A stretch of 64,000 nt of DNA from Raillietiella orientalis (lineage: Eukaryota). The translations under genes were made by a program, and so were the position numbers. The stretch covers positions 310,001-374,000 of the forward strand of contig JAYWIR010000008.1 in assembly GCA_036172245.1 (NCBI GenBank), read 5' to 3'. Positions 40,263 through 52,894 of the stretch are shown here, piece after piece (position 1 is the first letter of the stretch; each line of letters begins with the position of its first letter). The notes beneath the pieces were generated by a model. That model did no database searches. It saw nothing but the letters and a program-made list of their open reading frames with translations, and was not told the DNA's origin.

Positions 40263-43249
40263 CTCTCTCAAATTAGAAAGGCGAGGGAATGCCACTCGCC
40301 CCGACGTCTCTGGAGCCATCTGTTACAAGAGCCGTCGTCCTTTCATTCTCCACATCTCCACCGATTCAGCCCAATAACCCGGGTTGAAATTTTCTGTGCT
40401 TTTGCAGAAAATAATGTTCCTCTTCTCGCTTGGATGAAGACGCAGAATTCCTACTTTTTGGAATTACTGCTTCGATCTCTCCTTTCTCTTCTCAATCAGA
40501 TTGGATGAATCCTTTCCTCTTTTTCTTTTTGAGATGAGTGAAAGCTCTTTTTGGTCAGCTGTCGCCTCGTAAAGCCTTGAGCAAGCTTGCCAAAAAAAAA
40601 AAAAAATGAAAGAGAGAAAACAAGTTTTCGATATGCTATTGCATCCGTTTCCGAGCTACTTGGTCCTCGGACGTCGTCCTCCCCCGGGAAAGAAAGGGTT
40701 TGTTTCAAAAGCTCTCTGGACAGATGAGAGTGATGGAAACGCGAATGGCGAAACGCAACTGAGCTATGACGGTCCCCCGTCCCCCCGATTTTCGGGGGCA
40801 ACGGAAGGACCCCCACTTCTCCTCCCCTTCTCTTCCTGCCTCCCTGCGTCCAGCCGCCCCCGCCTGAGCCCGGTCCGGCACGACACACGCGGGCGTTTGC
40901 GCCAGCGTGCCGGCGCGTCAAACGGCACTCCCATCCTCACCTTCCTCTGGTGCGCTTCTTCTTCCCTCTTACGCACGCAGGTGTGGGACCCCTGCTTTCG
41001 CGAAGACGCGCGCGCGCAAGAGGAGGAGGCGGTCGCCGCCGCCACCGCCGCCTGCCGGAGCGTGCGAGCGCCGCAGAAGCGCCCGCGCTAATAAGCTAAA
41101 AATAGAGCTGCCGCTGCGAGCGCTCGCGTTCCTAACGGCTCTTCGGAGAGAGCGACATGCGGAAGTCGACAAGAAAAACACCGTAAACGCACGCCGATCC
41201 CACAGGTGGAATTTCCACTCACCATCCGGGAAGTGCGGCATCCCTCCTCCCCCGGGGTCGGGGGACGCGCGGGTCGGAAAGCGACCGAAAGAAGGAAAAA
41301 AAGGGCAGACGGCTTTTGCGGCGCGTTCCCCTCCTCGAGAACGCGTCTCCCTCGTCCGTCTTCCCTGACCGGTGGATGCCCTGGTTTCCCTCTCGTCACG
41401 CATGGGCGATCCCCTGGCAAACGCAGCCTTCCCCTCGGAAGGATGCAGGCATCTTCACTTTCTTCGCCCGGTACTTCGGGCAAGCCCATCGGGGTTCCCA
41501 CCGCCCCGAAAACCGAACGGCCCTCCGAAAATAGAACGCTGCGAACCGCCGCAAATGCTTCGGGTCACGCTGGAGAGCTTCCACGCTCCCAGGCTCAACT
41601 TCCTCCATCTTTGTTTTGAAGTGAGCTCGAACGGAAGCTGCTCAGGATGCTTTTGAGCGAGCAGTCCCGTCGATCACGAGGGCGCCGGTGGAGCCGGCGC
41701 TGCGGCAGCGCGGTGCGCCCGAGGATCGGACACGCGCTGCGCAAGCGCGGGGAAGCTTCCGGGAAAAGGCGGCGGCGCTCCCGAAGCACGCGTGTGGCGG
41801 ATGTGACCAAGAGGGGGGCGCTTCCTCCTCGGTTGAAGGTGAAAACGGGTCCGCGCGTGCCGTGCCCCAACACTAGACTGCTGCTGCTGGAAACGGAATC
41901 TCCGGAGTGCAGAAGGAGAAATTTTCTGCGTGATGGTGCGCTGCTTAGGAAACCGAGGATGCGAAACGCTCGTATTTGGATGCCCCTCCTCTCCCCCCCC
42001 CCGGAATCGAGGATTCGGAATGAGTTTGCGCGCCGTCCACGTGTGCCTCTCCGAGGTGTTTCAGTGGCACGGTTCCAAAACAAAACAAAAAAAAAAAGGG
42101 CGAACGCGAAGCTTTTCAATTGAGGGGTGAAGGAGAGGACCCTCGTTTCCGTCGCCGAAGAAACGGCTTCCCCTGACGGAGAGGACGATGGGAGCTTCAC
42201 GGCCGCGGAAGAGGGGAGGGGACGTGAGAGAGAGATCCCGAACGTGGATGCGCGGAAGTGGTCCCAGCATCCGGCCTCCTCCGAACGAGCACTCTCCAGG
42301 GCAAATTTTCGAGAACGGCGGTCGCGTCCGCAGGTCATCCACGGTCGAGCGGGCGGAGACGCTCAGTCCGGATGGGCATCGCTCTATCGATGCTCGCACT
42401 CCAGGAAGAGGCCGCCTCCGGACTCGGATGGACCTCGTGCGCGCGCGCGCAGGTGAAGATCATCGCCCGCTCGCCCAAGATCGGGGGCTCGCGGAGTGGG
42501 AGCGCGACTTTTTCCGACGGGAGGAAAGACCGGATGGGGGGAAGCGCGAAGAAAAAGACGATCGATCAGGGAGTGGCCGACGGAGAGACCAAGTAAGAAA
42601 AAACCACCGTGTACGGAGACCAGCTGTCCGTTTTCCCTCTTCTTCCCCCCCCACTCCCCCTTTTTTTTTTCTCTTGCTGCCGCCGCTGCTGGTGGTGGTG
42701 GCGCCGCGCTTCAGTCGGTGGTTCCGAGCCACTTTCTAAAACGAGGCGGTGCCTCATTTCTCTCTCCACTTTCTATGCAGCCTTTGCTTACCGTCGCGAT
42801 TTCGAAATTTCTGGAAAATCCTCGCCCGTCGTCGAATCCCGCGCTCACGTCCTCTCTCTCACTCTCTCCGCGTCGTTTCCCCCCGCTGCACCTGTGGACC
42901 GTCCGCCGCGGCCACCCTCCCCCGAAAACGCTGCTGACTCGCAGCGTCGAAAGGAAGACGCGGGGAGGCGGCCTAGCCCCCGGGAGTTCCCGGTAGCCGA
43001 CGATGCTTGCGGTCAGGAGAGAAGAGACTTTGGCCTCGCACTGTCCTGCCCGCCGAGGGCCTTGCGAGAGTAGCCTTCCGGTTTCCAGGTGTTCCCACCC
43101 ATCCCCAGACCACCGTTGGTTGCGAGGCTGTTGCCTGCTCGACGCGGGTTGGTGCGCTCCCCCGCGCACTAGAGGCTCCCTGGCGCGCGCGCTTCTTGGC
43201 AGGCGGCGCCAGTCCGGAACCTGGCCGCTGCGGAAGGGAAGTCGGAGTT

Positions 43250-43520
43250 GCCCGCATGCCCCCCGACCAACGCAGGGAGGGAGCTGCGGGGATTCCGAGT
43301 CTGCTGTCTGATGCCGACAGCTGGAAGCCCGCTCTTCGAGGACTCTTCTGGCGCGCGTGGGCCAACGCCCCTGCCTCCGGGAACCTGATGCGCTTCCTCC
43401 AGCTGCCTCCGGGAGGCCTCTCACCCGGCAGTCGTTCGCAAGAGTCACGTGCCTCCCGGTTCCCCCACCCAGTCTCGCCAGGCCGTTGCTTCGTGAAGAA
43501 TCGCTGCCGAGCAGTTTGGT
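43250..43520 (-). mobile_element. Possible second decayed gag relic
   Basis: Minus-strand pieces 'ARQRFFTKQRPGET', 'TLANDC' and 'QLEEA' in shifting frames follow the order of the recalled gag motif. Confidence 0.25.
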
Positions 43521-44899
43521 GACCAAGGTCACAGAAGCAGCAGAAAGAAGCTCAGATGGAGAGTGGAGCGGTAGGCAGCCCGGGTTCCCAGCAAGTCCTG
43601 CGCAGAATGCCGGAGGCGATCTCCCCCTCGACCCCTGCTCTTGTAGGACAGACCACCTCCATCGCCGACTTCTCTTCCTGCAAGGCAGGTCACCTTCCCC
43701 GCCCACTCCATTACCACATACAGGTGGCGCCTCCCTTCGCCGCGCCCGAGACTCCAGCAGATAGCGGGTCATGGCGATGGCGTCGACGCAGCGGATCGGG
43801 GCGCCTGCCGGAAGTCCGCCGCGCGCGAAGAATCTACGCGGGGCCTCCACGGCGGCGTCGCAGCACGTCCCGAAGGGAATCCTCCTCCTCCTCCGCTTCC
43901 TAGAGACGCGGGCAGGGCAGGACGACAGCCTCGACTGGTCAGTGCTCCTACTACCCCCCCCTTCCTTCCTGCGGTGTCGTTTCCCGGTTCTCGGCAACGG
44001 ATTCCCCGCAAGAAGTCTCCGGTCGATCTCGCGCCGCGGTTTCCGGGTCGAGCTGCGGGAGGAGCGTCAGCAGGTCCGCCGAAGCCTCTCCCTTCGCTGG
44101 CCCTTCTTCCCCGAGTGCGCCGAGGTGACCATCGATCAGCGACGTGAGAGTCCATTCGCCCTCGCGGTGTCCCCGAGACCCCAGCTGCAAAGTCCCGACG
44201 GCTGGGACAGATTGGTGGGCACAGCAGACAGCGGCGCCCTCCCGGCACAGGGACGCTGAAGACGTGGCCTCCGCGACGGTTCTCCGGGACCACCGCAGCC
44301 CGCTGAGAGGCTCGCGGGGTACTAGACCGTCCCGCGCTAGGGGCAGCTCAGGGCGCCCGGGGGCGCGAGTTGACGGCACCGGTCGCGTGGGAAAGTGGCT
44401 GAAAGAGAAGCGGTGAGAAAGAAGCGGCGCGTCCAGTCTTCCGCGCGACGGGAGCACCGAAGTGCCATGAGGGAAAAGGGGGGGGGGGGACGCACTCGAA
44501 GGGTTGGCCCGTCCGAAAGGGTCGTTTCGTCCGAGACCGATCCAGGCGACGGAGTTGCTGTGGTCGCACCTGCAGGGTGGTAGCCCCGGTCTCGACCACT
44601 TCCTGCCACCGCGCATTTCGTGTGGCAGCAGCCAGGAATTGGGCGCTGGGGTTCCCAAAGTTGGGAGGGGGGGGCGGCTGCGGCGAGGCAGACCTGTCCC
44701 TTTCCAAATCGGCACCAGCACCACCTGACACTTCCACTCTGGATGGCGTGCGTCTTCCCCGGCTCGGGGGAGGAGCGCACGCAGCACCACCACCAGCAGC
44801 TATGGCCGAAGAGGCCGACTGGCTGTTCCCGAGCAAGGCGGACTGGCCCCATGCTGTGGGCATTGAGCTCAGGGGCTGCGCAGAGCCGGAGGTGCTCAT

Positions 44900-45220
44900 G
44901 GGGGTCAGTTGGGAGGGGGGGGGAAGAGTTTACCTGCAACGATGCAGGTCGGCTCGTCCGGTGGTCGCTGGAAGCTATCCGTGGAGGTTGATGGCGATCC
45001 GTCCGAAGGGCGCAAGACTCCGCACCCGGGATGGTTTTCTTTGGCAGCCCGGTTCTTTGGGCCGCGCAGTCTCGTGAGAGCGGAGAAGGAAGCGCTGCGC
45101 GTGCGTTTCCTGGACTCCTCGCAGCGCCAAGGTCGGAAGTCGTCGGGTGAGGAAGCTGCGCGGCGCTACCTCGAGATGCGTCTCTTCCCGGGTGGCGCGG
45201 CTGATAGCGCGCGCGGCCGG
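44900..45220 (+). mobile_element. Possible decayed Ty3/gypsy gag relic
   Basis: Peptide 'LAARFFGPRSLVRAEKEALRVRFLDSSQRQG' resembles the recalled gag motif hF-P-S...ER-F..R-Q..GE. Frameshifted; no LTR seen. Confidence 0.25.
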
Positions 45221-46544
45221 TAACGGGGCATCCAGGGTACCAGCTCTCTGGTTTTCTCGCCGGACCGTGGCCCAGGCGACGCGTGTTCCTTCCAGATAGC
45301 CCGCCATCGGGCGACCACCTCCGCCACGCGCGTCATGAGGAGGAAGCGAGGTCGCTGGGTTTCCAAGGGGTGTCCGGGCCGCTGCAGTAGCAGGCCCGAA
45401 GGGCAAAGGACGGAGGGGCAGATGTCGCGGCGGCCTTCGGAGAGTCCCGGGGTGTCCTTGCCCTTCCCAGGCCGCCGCTGGTCCGGAGAGCTGCGGTTAG
45501 CCTGAGCGTCCTTGCGGCCCCGCGGTGCGATTGCGGCAACGATAGTCAAGGAGAGCGACCGAAAGGCGAGGTCGGCCGCCGTCGCGGGGTCAAAGAAGGA
45601 ATGGGAAAATAGGGGAAAGATGGCTACCGACCACCGACGCAGCCGCGGAAAAGCCCCCACCTCGAGGACGCGCCACCTCGTCTTCTCTTCGCTCAGACTT
45701 CCGTTGGCGGTGGCGACGACCACCTGGGACGGCGCAGCTCACGAGGGGAGGAGAGACGCGCGCACGGGAGAAGGAGCGGGAAGGACCCGCGGGCGGCGCA
45801 CGTCGCGCGCGGGTCGAGGAGGAGGTCGCAGCAGCCCGCGGGCGCCGCGCGGGCTGCTGCGATTCAGAAAAGGGAAGGTTTCGTCCGGCGCGGGGCGACG
45901 GGGGAGGAGAATGGGGGGCGGAACGCAGGAGGCTCGTTCGAGAACCTTCCACGAGCTTCGCGCGTACCCTCCTGGGTCCGGGTTTGGGACGGTCCTGTCC
46001 CGTTCGCCCACGCCCCGAAATTCCCCCTTCAGGGCTTGGCGGGAATTTCTCCCGAATTTCGGTTCACGGAACGATGCTGGAAAAGGGCGCGAGGAGGGGG
46101 CGTTCCCATCGCCACCCCCATCGCCCGTCCCCTTTCAGCCCGCACGGAAACCTTCGCGCTTTTCCTGCTGCAAGCGGATTTCGCCTGCGCTCGGACCATC
46201 GCCGCATGATTCCCTCCCTCCTCCCCAGAGGCGCGCGCCTCCTCCGCAGGGGGACCTACACCCTCGATGTGCACCCTCTGGCAAGAGGGCTCGGTTCTCC
46301 GGGGGTCTATCGTCGCGACCCCAGGTGCAGTGACCTCCCTCCCTGGACGATTCGGGCCGAGGTTTCCCCGTGCCCGGTTGACGCGCATGGGGGTGGCCAG
46401 TGACCGGGGACGTCTTCGCCGCCTGGCCGCCCTCTCTCCATTCGCGGCTGCGGTCCCGCACGAGGCCTTCTTTGCCTCAGCCGGTGGTCCCACTCGCCCC
46501 TCTAGTAGGTAGCCCGGGGGGGGGGGGTTCCTTCAAAATTCCGA

Positions 46545-47080
46545 ACGATCATAAAAAATAAATACAAATGCTTACTGCGTACATTACTATACATATTTAT
46601 ATGCAAATTACCGTGCGTAATTATGTAGATCAATTCATACTATAAAGATCATGAAGAATTATATGCTTATTATGTGTTATAATGTATATATTATTAATGC
46701 ATACAGTGAGATTATAAAAATAAACATTTCATTGTATACATTTATATATATAAATTGATATGAGAATTAATAAACATTATAAACATCATTAAAAATAAAT
46801 ATATATGCTTCTTATGTGTGTTAACGTATATATTTATGTAAAGATTAATACATGGATTAATACACATTATAAACGGCATGAAAACAAACTTATGGGCATA
46901 TAATGGGCTTCTTATGTATATTAATATATATATCAATCTATATATAAATATACAGGTTTATACATGATCAGTAATACATGCATTAAAATTATAAAAAAAT
47001 ATTTGTTTATTAACGTATAATTATGTATGTCATAAATACATATGTAATGAATATGTAAATATCAGATCATAATAAATGAA
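46545..47080. repeat. Very AT-rich low-complexity island within the GC-rich domain
   Basis: About 530 bp of ta/tata/atgta-rich sequence with sharp edges. gatcata(aa)aataaat occurs near both ends; G12 run at 46516-46527. Confidence 0.7.
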
Positions 47081-48289
47081 AAATGATGTTGGCAATTCTA
47101 AATGACAGGAAAAAAAAGCAGGCAAAAAACACGAAGCCATCGTTAGGCATTTGGGAGCTCGGCATTTTCATCGTCCCCTCTTTCGTGGACAGCGCATCGT
47201 CCGTCCATCGCTTAGGGATCTTTTGACCTCCTAAGACTTGGGCGTCACAGGTTTCCGAGCGCCGCTGGAAACATCTTTTCTTTACAGAGCAGTCCAGCAC
47301 GGCAACACAAATCCGGGACACCATGGTCTTCTTCGAGTGGCGTGACTTTTTGTTTTTTTGGGAAAAAAAAAAAAGAAAACACGCATCTGCTAATGATGGC
47401 ACTGAAACTGATGTCTTCAGCAACTAATCACAATACACCAACAAACATGGGGAAGTCATTTCGCTGAGCCAGACTGAGCTTCAGAGCACCCAATCATTTC
47501 TTCGTCCCTTCCGAGCGCCGGCACGCGCGCGCTCCTCCGGCGCCGGAGACGCGAACGCGGAAACCAACCCGCCAAGACGACCCCTGCCCTTCGATTCCCG
47601 TTCCGGACATCCCACCGCGACCTAGGCGGATGCCCGGAATGCAGGCGTCCGCCTTCCCAAGACATCGCATCCTCTTGAAAGCGAGCAAGAAACTCGCGGG
47701 CAGCCGTTGGTCAGTCGCGACCGCAACTCGAATGTGGGAAGCAGCGGAAGAGGCAACCAGCCCGAGGTTCCTCTTCGACGAGGTCTCAGGATGCGCGGCC
47801 GCCCACCGCACCCTTCCGCAACTGTCTTCCCCCCCCCCCCCCCCATCCTCCCCCCAACTCCGCAACGGGGCTTTCTGCTTCCGGCCACTCTCCGTAGGAG
47901 TTCATGACGTCCCCTGTCTTCCGGTTGGACGGACGCGGTCGCTGTGGTCTAGGCGCCGGGCAGGAGCAAAGCCGCCCCTGACGGTGGTGTTTCGTCAAGA
48001 CTGCGAGGTCGGAAATAGGGGGTACTCCGGGAGGAGACGACCCTATGAATCCAGGAAGGGAGTCCGTTCTTCTCACGCCTGGGTAGGGATCCCCGAAGGG
48101 AACAACCACCTCTTCCTTATTCTCTCCGGAGGGACCTTCGGAGCGGTCTGCTCCATTCTTCTTCGAAGGGGACCAGGGAAGGATCCGTTCCTGGAATTTT
48201 TTTTCCGGAGGAAACCACTCCCTCTTCCTCTGAAGAGAACCCCGAAGGGACTCCTCGATTCTGTTTTCTGGAAGGACCCCCGAGGCTCG

Positions 48290-48590
48290 ACTCCCAATCC
48301 CGGCCACTCATTGGAGGCATCCAGTTTGAACCTCTACCAGCGCCGCAATGGATGTAGGTAGAATGAATGTGGGGAGACCGAAGTCATCTCCCGGGAGGAA
48401 CTCGAACCTACGAAACACCCCCATTTCTCGGCAAGAATCGAACCCGCGACGCCCGGTACCACGAGCGGGGACCGTGACCTTAGGGTCTCCGATGCCGGCC
48501 GGGCGACGATCAAGCGGTGAAGAGGCGCTGCTCCGATTCCCGGAGTGGGCCAGCAGAGGAGAAACGCAGTTTCCTTCGCCGAGCGTCATG
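48290..48590 (-). mobile_element. Possible decayed AP-endonuclease relic of a non-LTR element
   Basis: 'GIGDPKVTVPARGTGRR...FEFLPGDDFGLPTFI' loosely resembles the GDFN...G...RG...PTF spacing; 'DWES' follows downstream. Confidence 0.15.
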
Positions 48591-49358
48591 GCTTTCCCTA
48601 AGAGAAAGGTGCAGCGAGGGTGTGCGAGCTCGTCCGAACGGCCAAGGGCCGAAAAGAAGCACGCCCGCATTTTCGTCTACTCCGGCACGAACACGAAGAG
48701 AGCCATGCCGGAGCTGCCTGCCAGAGCGCGAGGGGTGCGATGCCGGGAATCCTTCTTCCCCTTTCACGTGGGGGAACCCCGACTTCTACCCCAGTCGCTT
48801 GACGCACCCGCAGAACAAGAGAGGAACACCCAAGGCAGTGGATTCGTCCATTTCGACTTCACGCAATCGTCCTCGTTTCTCGGAACGTCCACGTGTCAGG
48901 TGCTTCCACTCGGCATCTTAGCGCTGAAATATTCCTCACGAATTGTTCCCGATCGGGAGCGCGCCCAATTTTTGTTTTTTTTTTTTTGTTTTGTTTTTTC
49001 TTCTTCTAGCATTTTCATCTGAAGACGCAATCTGCATTCGAATCTTCACGGAACACGGGCATCTACGAAGGAGTACGTGCTGGAATCGCGGTAGGATTTA
49101 AAGGACTTCTTTCCTCGGATCCTGGCAACCATCGCAATCAGAACCACACACCGTGCGGAAGCATGCAGTTTCGAAAGAGGAAAGAGGGAGAAAAACTCTC
49201 TTTTCTTCCCCCCGCACCTCCCCTTTTCTTCTTTTCAGGTTTCCTCATCACAACTTTTGAGAATTCGGGAAGCAACGAGTTCCATTTCCACCCGGATGCC
49301 CCGGGCGTTTATTTCAAGAGCAAACATATTACAAGAACTGTGACCTGATTACAAGAAC

Positions 49359-49400
49359 TGACCCGGCAGGTCTCCAATAAATTGGAGACCTGCCGGGTCA
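49359..49400. repeat. Perfect 20-bp palindrome with 2-nt spacer
   Basis: tgacccggcaggtctccaat-aa-attggagacctgccgggtca, preceded by the duplicated 13-mer attacaagaactg (49328-49340, 49348-49360). Confidence 0.95.
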
Positions 49401-50650
49401 CAGGTTCGCAGACCGGCGTGGTCCACCACGGCAGCAGAGGGAAGGGGGCAAACAAAAAGAAACAAAAAAAATGAAAAAGAAATACACTTTGGGGGTGTGT
49501 GGGAAGGGATCACTGTCTGCTGGCGGCAGTCCGGTCCATCCACTCCAGGATGTCGGCAAGGTTTTGCTGCATTTTATTTTCTAGGTGGGACCATCTCGTT
49601 GCCATCCTGATGAATTGGACGGCGAAGTGGATGGCATCCGTATCGCTGGATCCTCCCGTTGCTTTACTCCAAGCAGCGACGATCCCGCGTAGGCAGCACA
49701 GGGCTGCCAGGGATCGCGAACGAAGAAGGGCTTCAGAGCGTCCCTGGAGTTGCCTCCGAGGGTTCCCAGGGGCGCGGCAAAGCGTTCTCAGAGGGACCGG
49801 AGGGCAACACAGTCCACTAGGAGGTGGGGGAGGGATTCACGTTTCCCGCACCTGACACAGTTGGGGGTCCACATACTCCGGGGCCAGTGATGCCGGCGAG
49901 CGTTGCACGGGAGACCACAGTGCAGCACCAACAGCGCCGGCTCCTGCCACTTCAAGGGGAGGGGGCGGGTGTCCATGAGCACCGGGGGCCACTTCCGATG
50001 TTGCAGCAGCTCGCCGCAGCGCAAGAGTCCGTGGGGCGGTGTACTCGCGGTCGCAGCGTCGGTGAGCTCTCCCAGTCCTTTCTCCCTTCCGGAGATGTTC
50101 ACCGTAACTTGCCATTTCGCCGCGGTGCTGCTGCTCGGGTGTTCCCCTGCGGGAGGGCAGCGCTGTGGCGAGGTAAGTTCTTCCAGCCCACGCGCTTTTT
50201 CCGGGATCCTCCAGGATCTCTCGGGACGTGCATCGGTTGTTGCGCACGAACAGAACCGGCGCACCTGTTCCGAGCGTTGCTCCTGACTCCTCGCCCACGT
50301 CCGAACGGTTTCCGGTAACCAGGCACTACCGTTCGCAGGGTGGCAGGGGATCCATCCCATGCTCTTCTTCGTCACCCACCGAAGCTGCCATCCGCATTGA
50401 CAGATGTGGCGTCGGCGGAATGCAAGAAAGGACGCAAGTCCCTCGTTGCCGGTGGCTTGTTGGACGAGGAGGCATGCAGGGTCGCACCAGGTGGTGCTCC
50501 ACATCTTCGCCACGAGGGCAAGTATCCTCAACTAGGGCTGAAGCTCCGGCCGCTCCAGCGTCGGTAGACCGAGACCGTCCTCCCGACGCGGAGCAGCAAT
50601 GGGTTCGATGCCACAGTGCCACGGAGGTGGCAGATGAGTGGTGTTCGATG
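49359..50650 (-). mobile_element. Truncated, degraded L1/Tx1-like non-LTR retrotransposon (ORF2 C-terminus, zf-RVT region, partial 3' UTR), copy 1
   Basis: Minus-strand peptides 'GLGLPTLERPELQ', 'LALVAKMWST', 'PLKWQEP', 'PNCVRCGKRESLPHLLVDCVALRSL' (C-x2-C...H-x4-C zinc finger after RT). Homologous to 61333-62667. Confidence 0.75.
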
Positions 50651-51964
50651 ACCCCTCACCTCTCTTGTCGTATAAAAATGTGTACACGCTACGTTTAGCG
50701 CACTTTCAATCCAGCAAACTTTTTTGCTTCTTTCTTTCTTTTCTATTCTTTATAACTTTTGGTGTCTTTTCGAAGTTTCGTCTTCAGCTGCGAGTAGCAA
50801 AGAGGAAGAGGAGGAGGTTTTTTCCGACATTCGCTTCGGATTCTAACGAATGTCGTTTTCTCGCGCCGACACGCGAAGAGCAATAAAAAAAAAAAAAAAA
50901 AAAGACTTCTTCCTGGTTGGAGAAAAACGTGTGCCACTACTACGCTGCTACTACTACCTACTGTCGCTTCGTCCCGCGTTCCCCGATCGAAACGTGAGGA
51001 TGCGCTCACCCCTTTCCGAAATGAAGTGATAACCACAGTGTCGTTTCGTGAGGCAGTGGATTGTCCGAGGACGAAGCCCCCCCCCCCCCATCCCTTCCAG
51101 GATGCTACAGTGTTCGCAAAGAAACTTTGGCAGTTCTGAACGCGCACGCGCGCTCGAAAACTCTGCCAACCGTAATTGAACTTTAACAACCACGTGCGAC
51201 AAAATTAGCTGTTCTGGAAGCGATCGAGAATGACTGAGAACGCGGTGAGAGACGTTAGGCGGACTGAAGAGACGAGTAATCGCGTCCATTCCAGGGGGTT
51301 GATAGCCGGGTTTCAGCACTGATAGTAGTTATTAGGAGAGCACACCTTCTAAATGCTTCCGTTATTTTCGGCGAGATTTTTAGAATCTTTCGAATCTGAT
51401 CAATCTTGGTCACCCACTTCAGCTCTTAATGAAATGCAGCCAGGATCCAGCGTTGATTTGCGCCCCTGCCTGCCCCCAATGCCAGAGGACCGGGAAAATC
51501 TCCAGCGTCCAAAGAGTAATTATTAAAGGCCAGCAATCATTTAGGCAATTCTTCAAACCGTCTACCTGCAGACTCTTCACCAAAAGCTGCCGTCCCTGAT
51601 TCTATTTTCTTTTATTTATTTTTTTTTTTAAAAAGATATTCTTTCTAATGTAGCTTGTTTAGAAGGAAATTTTCCCCAGAAATTGCAGTTTTGATCCCAG
51701 TTGGTCCTCCTGGCTCCAACGCTGGAATTCATATGCAACCCAAACCACCAGGAAACGCGCCTGTGGCGGCTGAACGATTTTGCTATCTCTTGAATTTCTG
51801 GAAGCGCCGCTCCGGGAACCAAGTAAATCGATTCCTTCCGGGATCCGAACTTTTCCCTTCCTGCAAGCGTAAGGCCGCAGAAGAGCGAATTCAGCAGCTC
51901 GCACTTGACCGACAATTCGAAAACAGCAGCAGCGGATCCGTTGTGTTTCTGCCTCCTTCCCACC

Positions 51965-52460
51965 TCACCCGGGTGCGCCGGGGCGTTTATCCTTCCGAAT
52001 AAAACCTTTACAGCATCTGTGGTCCAGCCACTCCCTCGGTGTTCAGAGCCTGCCGGGACACCAGTTCGCGGACCGGTGCTGTCGACCTCGGCAGCAGAGG
52101 GGAGGGGTCAAAAAGAAAAAGAAAAATCAAAAGTAAATGAAAACTGGGGAGGGAGCGGGAAGGGATCACAGTCTGCCGGTTGGGGTCCGTCACATCCTCT
52201 GGAGGATGCCGGCAAGCTCTTCCTGAATGTTGACTTCCAGGTGGGGCCATCGCGTCGCCATCCTCAGGCAGCGGACGGCGTATTCGCTGGCATCCCTATC
52301 GCTGGGTCCTCCCGTCGCGTTGCTCCATGCAGCGACGATCCCGCGTAGGCAGCACAGGGCTGCAAGGGAGGCTGCTGGCCGAAGGGCGTCGTATACGAAG
52401 AGGGATCTAACTGCGTCCCTGGGGTTGCCTCTGAGGGTTCCCAGGGCCGCCTGTCTCCTT
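51965..52460 (-). mobile_element. 3' fragment of the same non-LTR family, copy 2
   Basis: 'CCLRGIVAAW' peptide, T-rich tract, ccctctgctgccgaggt and terminal taaacgccccggcgcacccgggtg, all shared with copy 3. Confidence 0.75.
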
Positions 52461-52586
52461 CCAGGACCTAGCAAGCCTCCAGCGTCAGGCAAAGAGACAG
52501 GCGGAACTCCCCCGTCATGGACACGTCACACGGTTGCCATGCTCCAGGCCTGATTAGGAAAAGAGTCCAGATTCCATCGTTTAGAG

Positions 52587-52894
52587 CAGCGTTTCTTTTC
52601 CTATGACGGAACACTTCACAAATCCTGAAATTTTAACGGAACACCTTGGTTATTCCACAGGATAGGTGAATATTAATTAGAAACGAATTAAGCAGGTAAA
52701 TTATAAGACTTAAGAAAACCAAACAAACACTTATTCTCGAATTTTAATTACGTAAAAGAAAACACATGAAAATAGTAAAAAAAAAAAAAATTAATAGCAT
52801 TTAAAATATGTTAATTTTCATAATTTTTCACGGAACACTTATTGACATTCTGCTTAACACCAGTGTTCCGCGGAACACGGTTTGGGAAACGATG
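52587..52894. mobile_element. hAT (Charlie-like) non-autonomous element / MITE, about 308 bp
   Basis: Termini cagcgtttc...gaaacgatg (1 mismatch). Degenerate 8-bp TSD gtttagag (52579-52586) / gttcaggg (52895-52902). Subterminal repeats acggaacac and palindrome gtgttccgcggaacac. AT-rich core. Confidence 0.7.
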
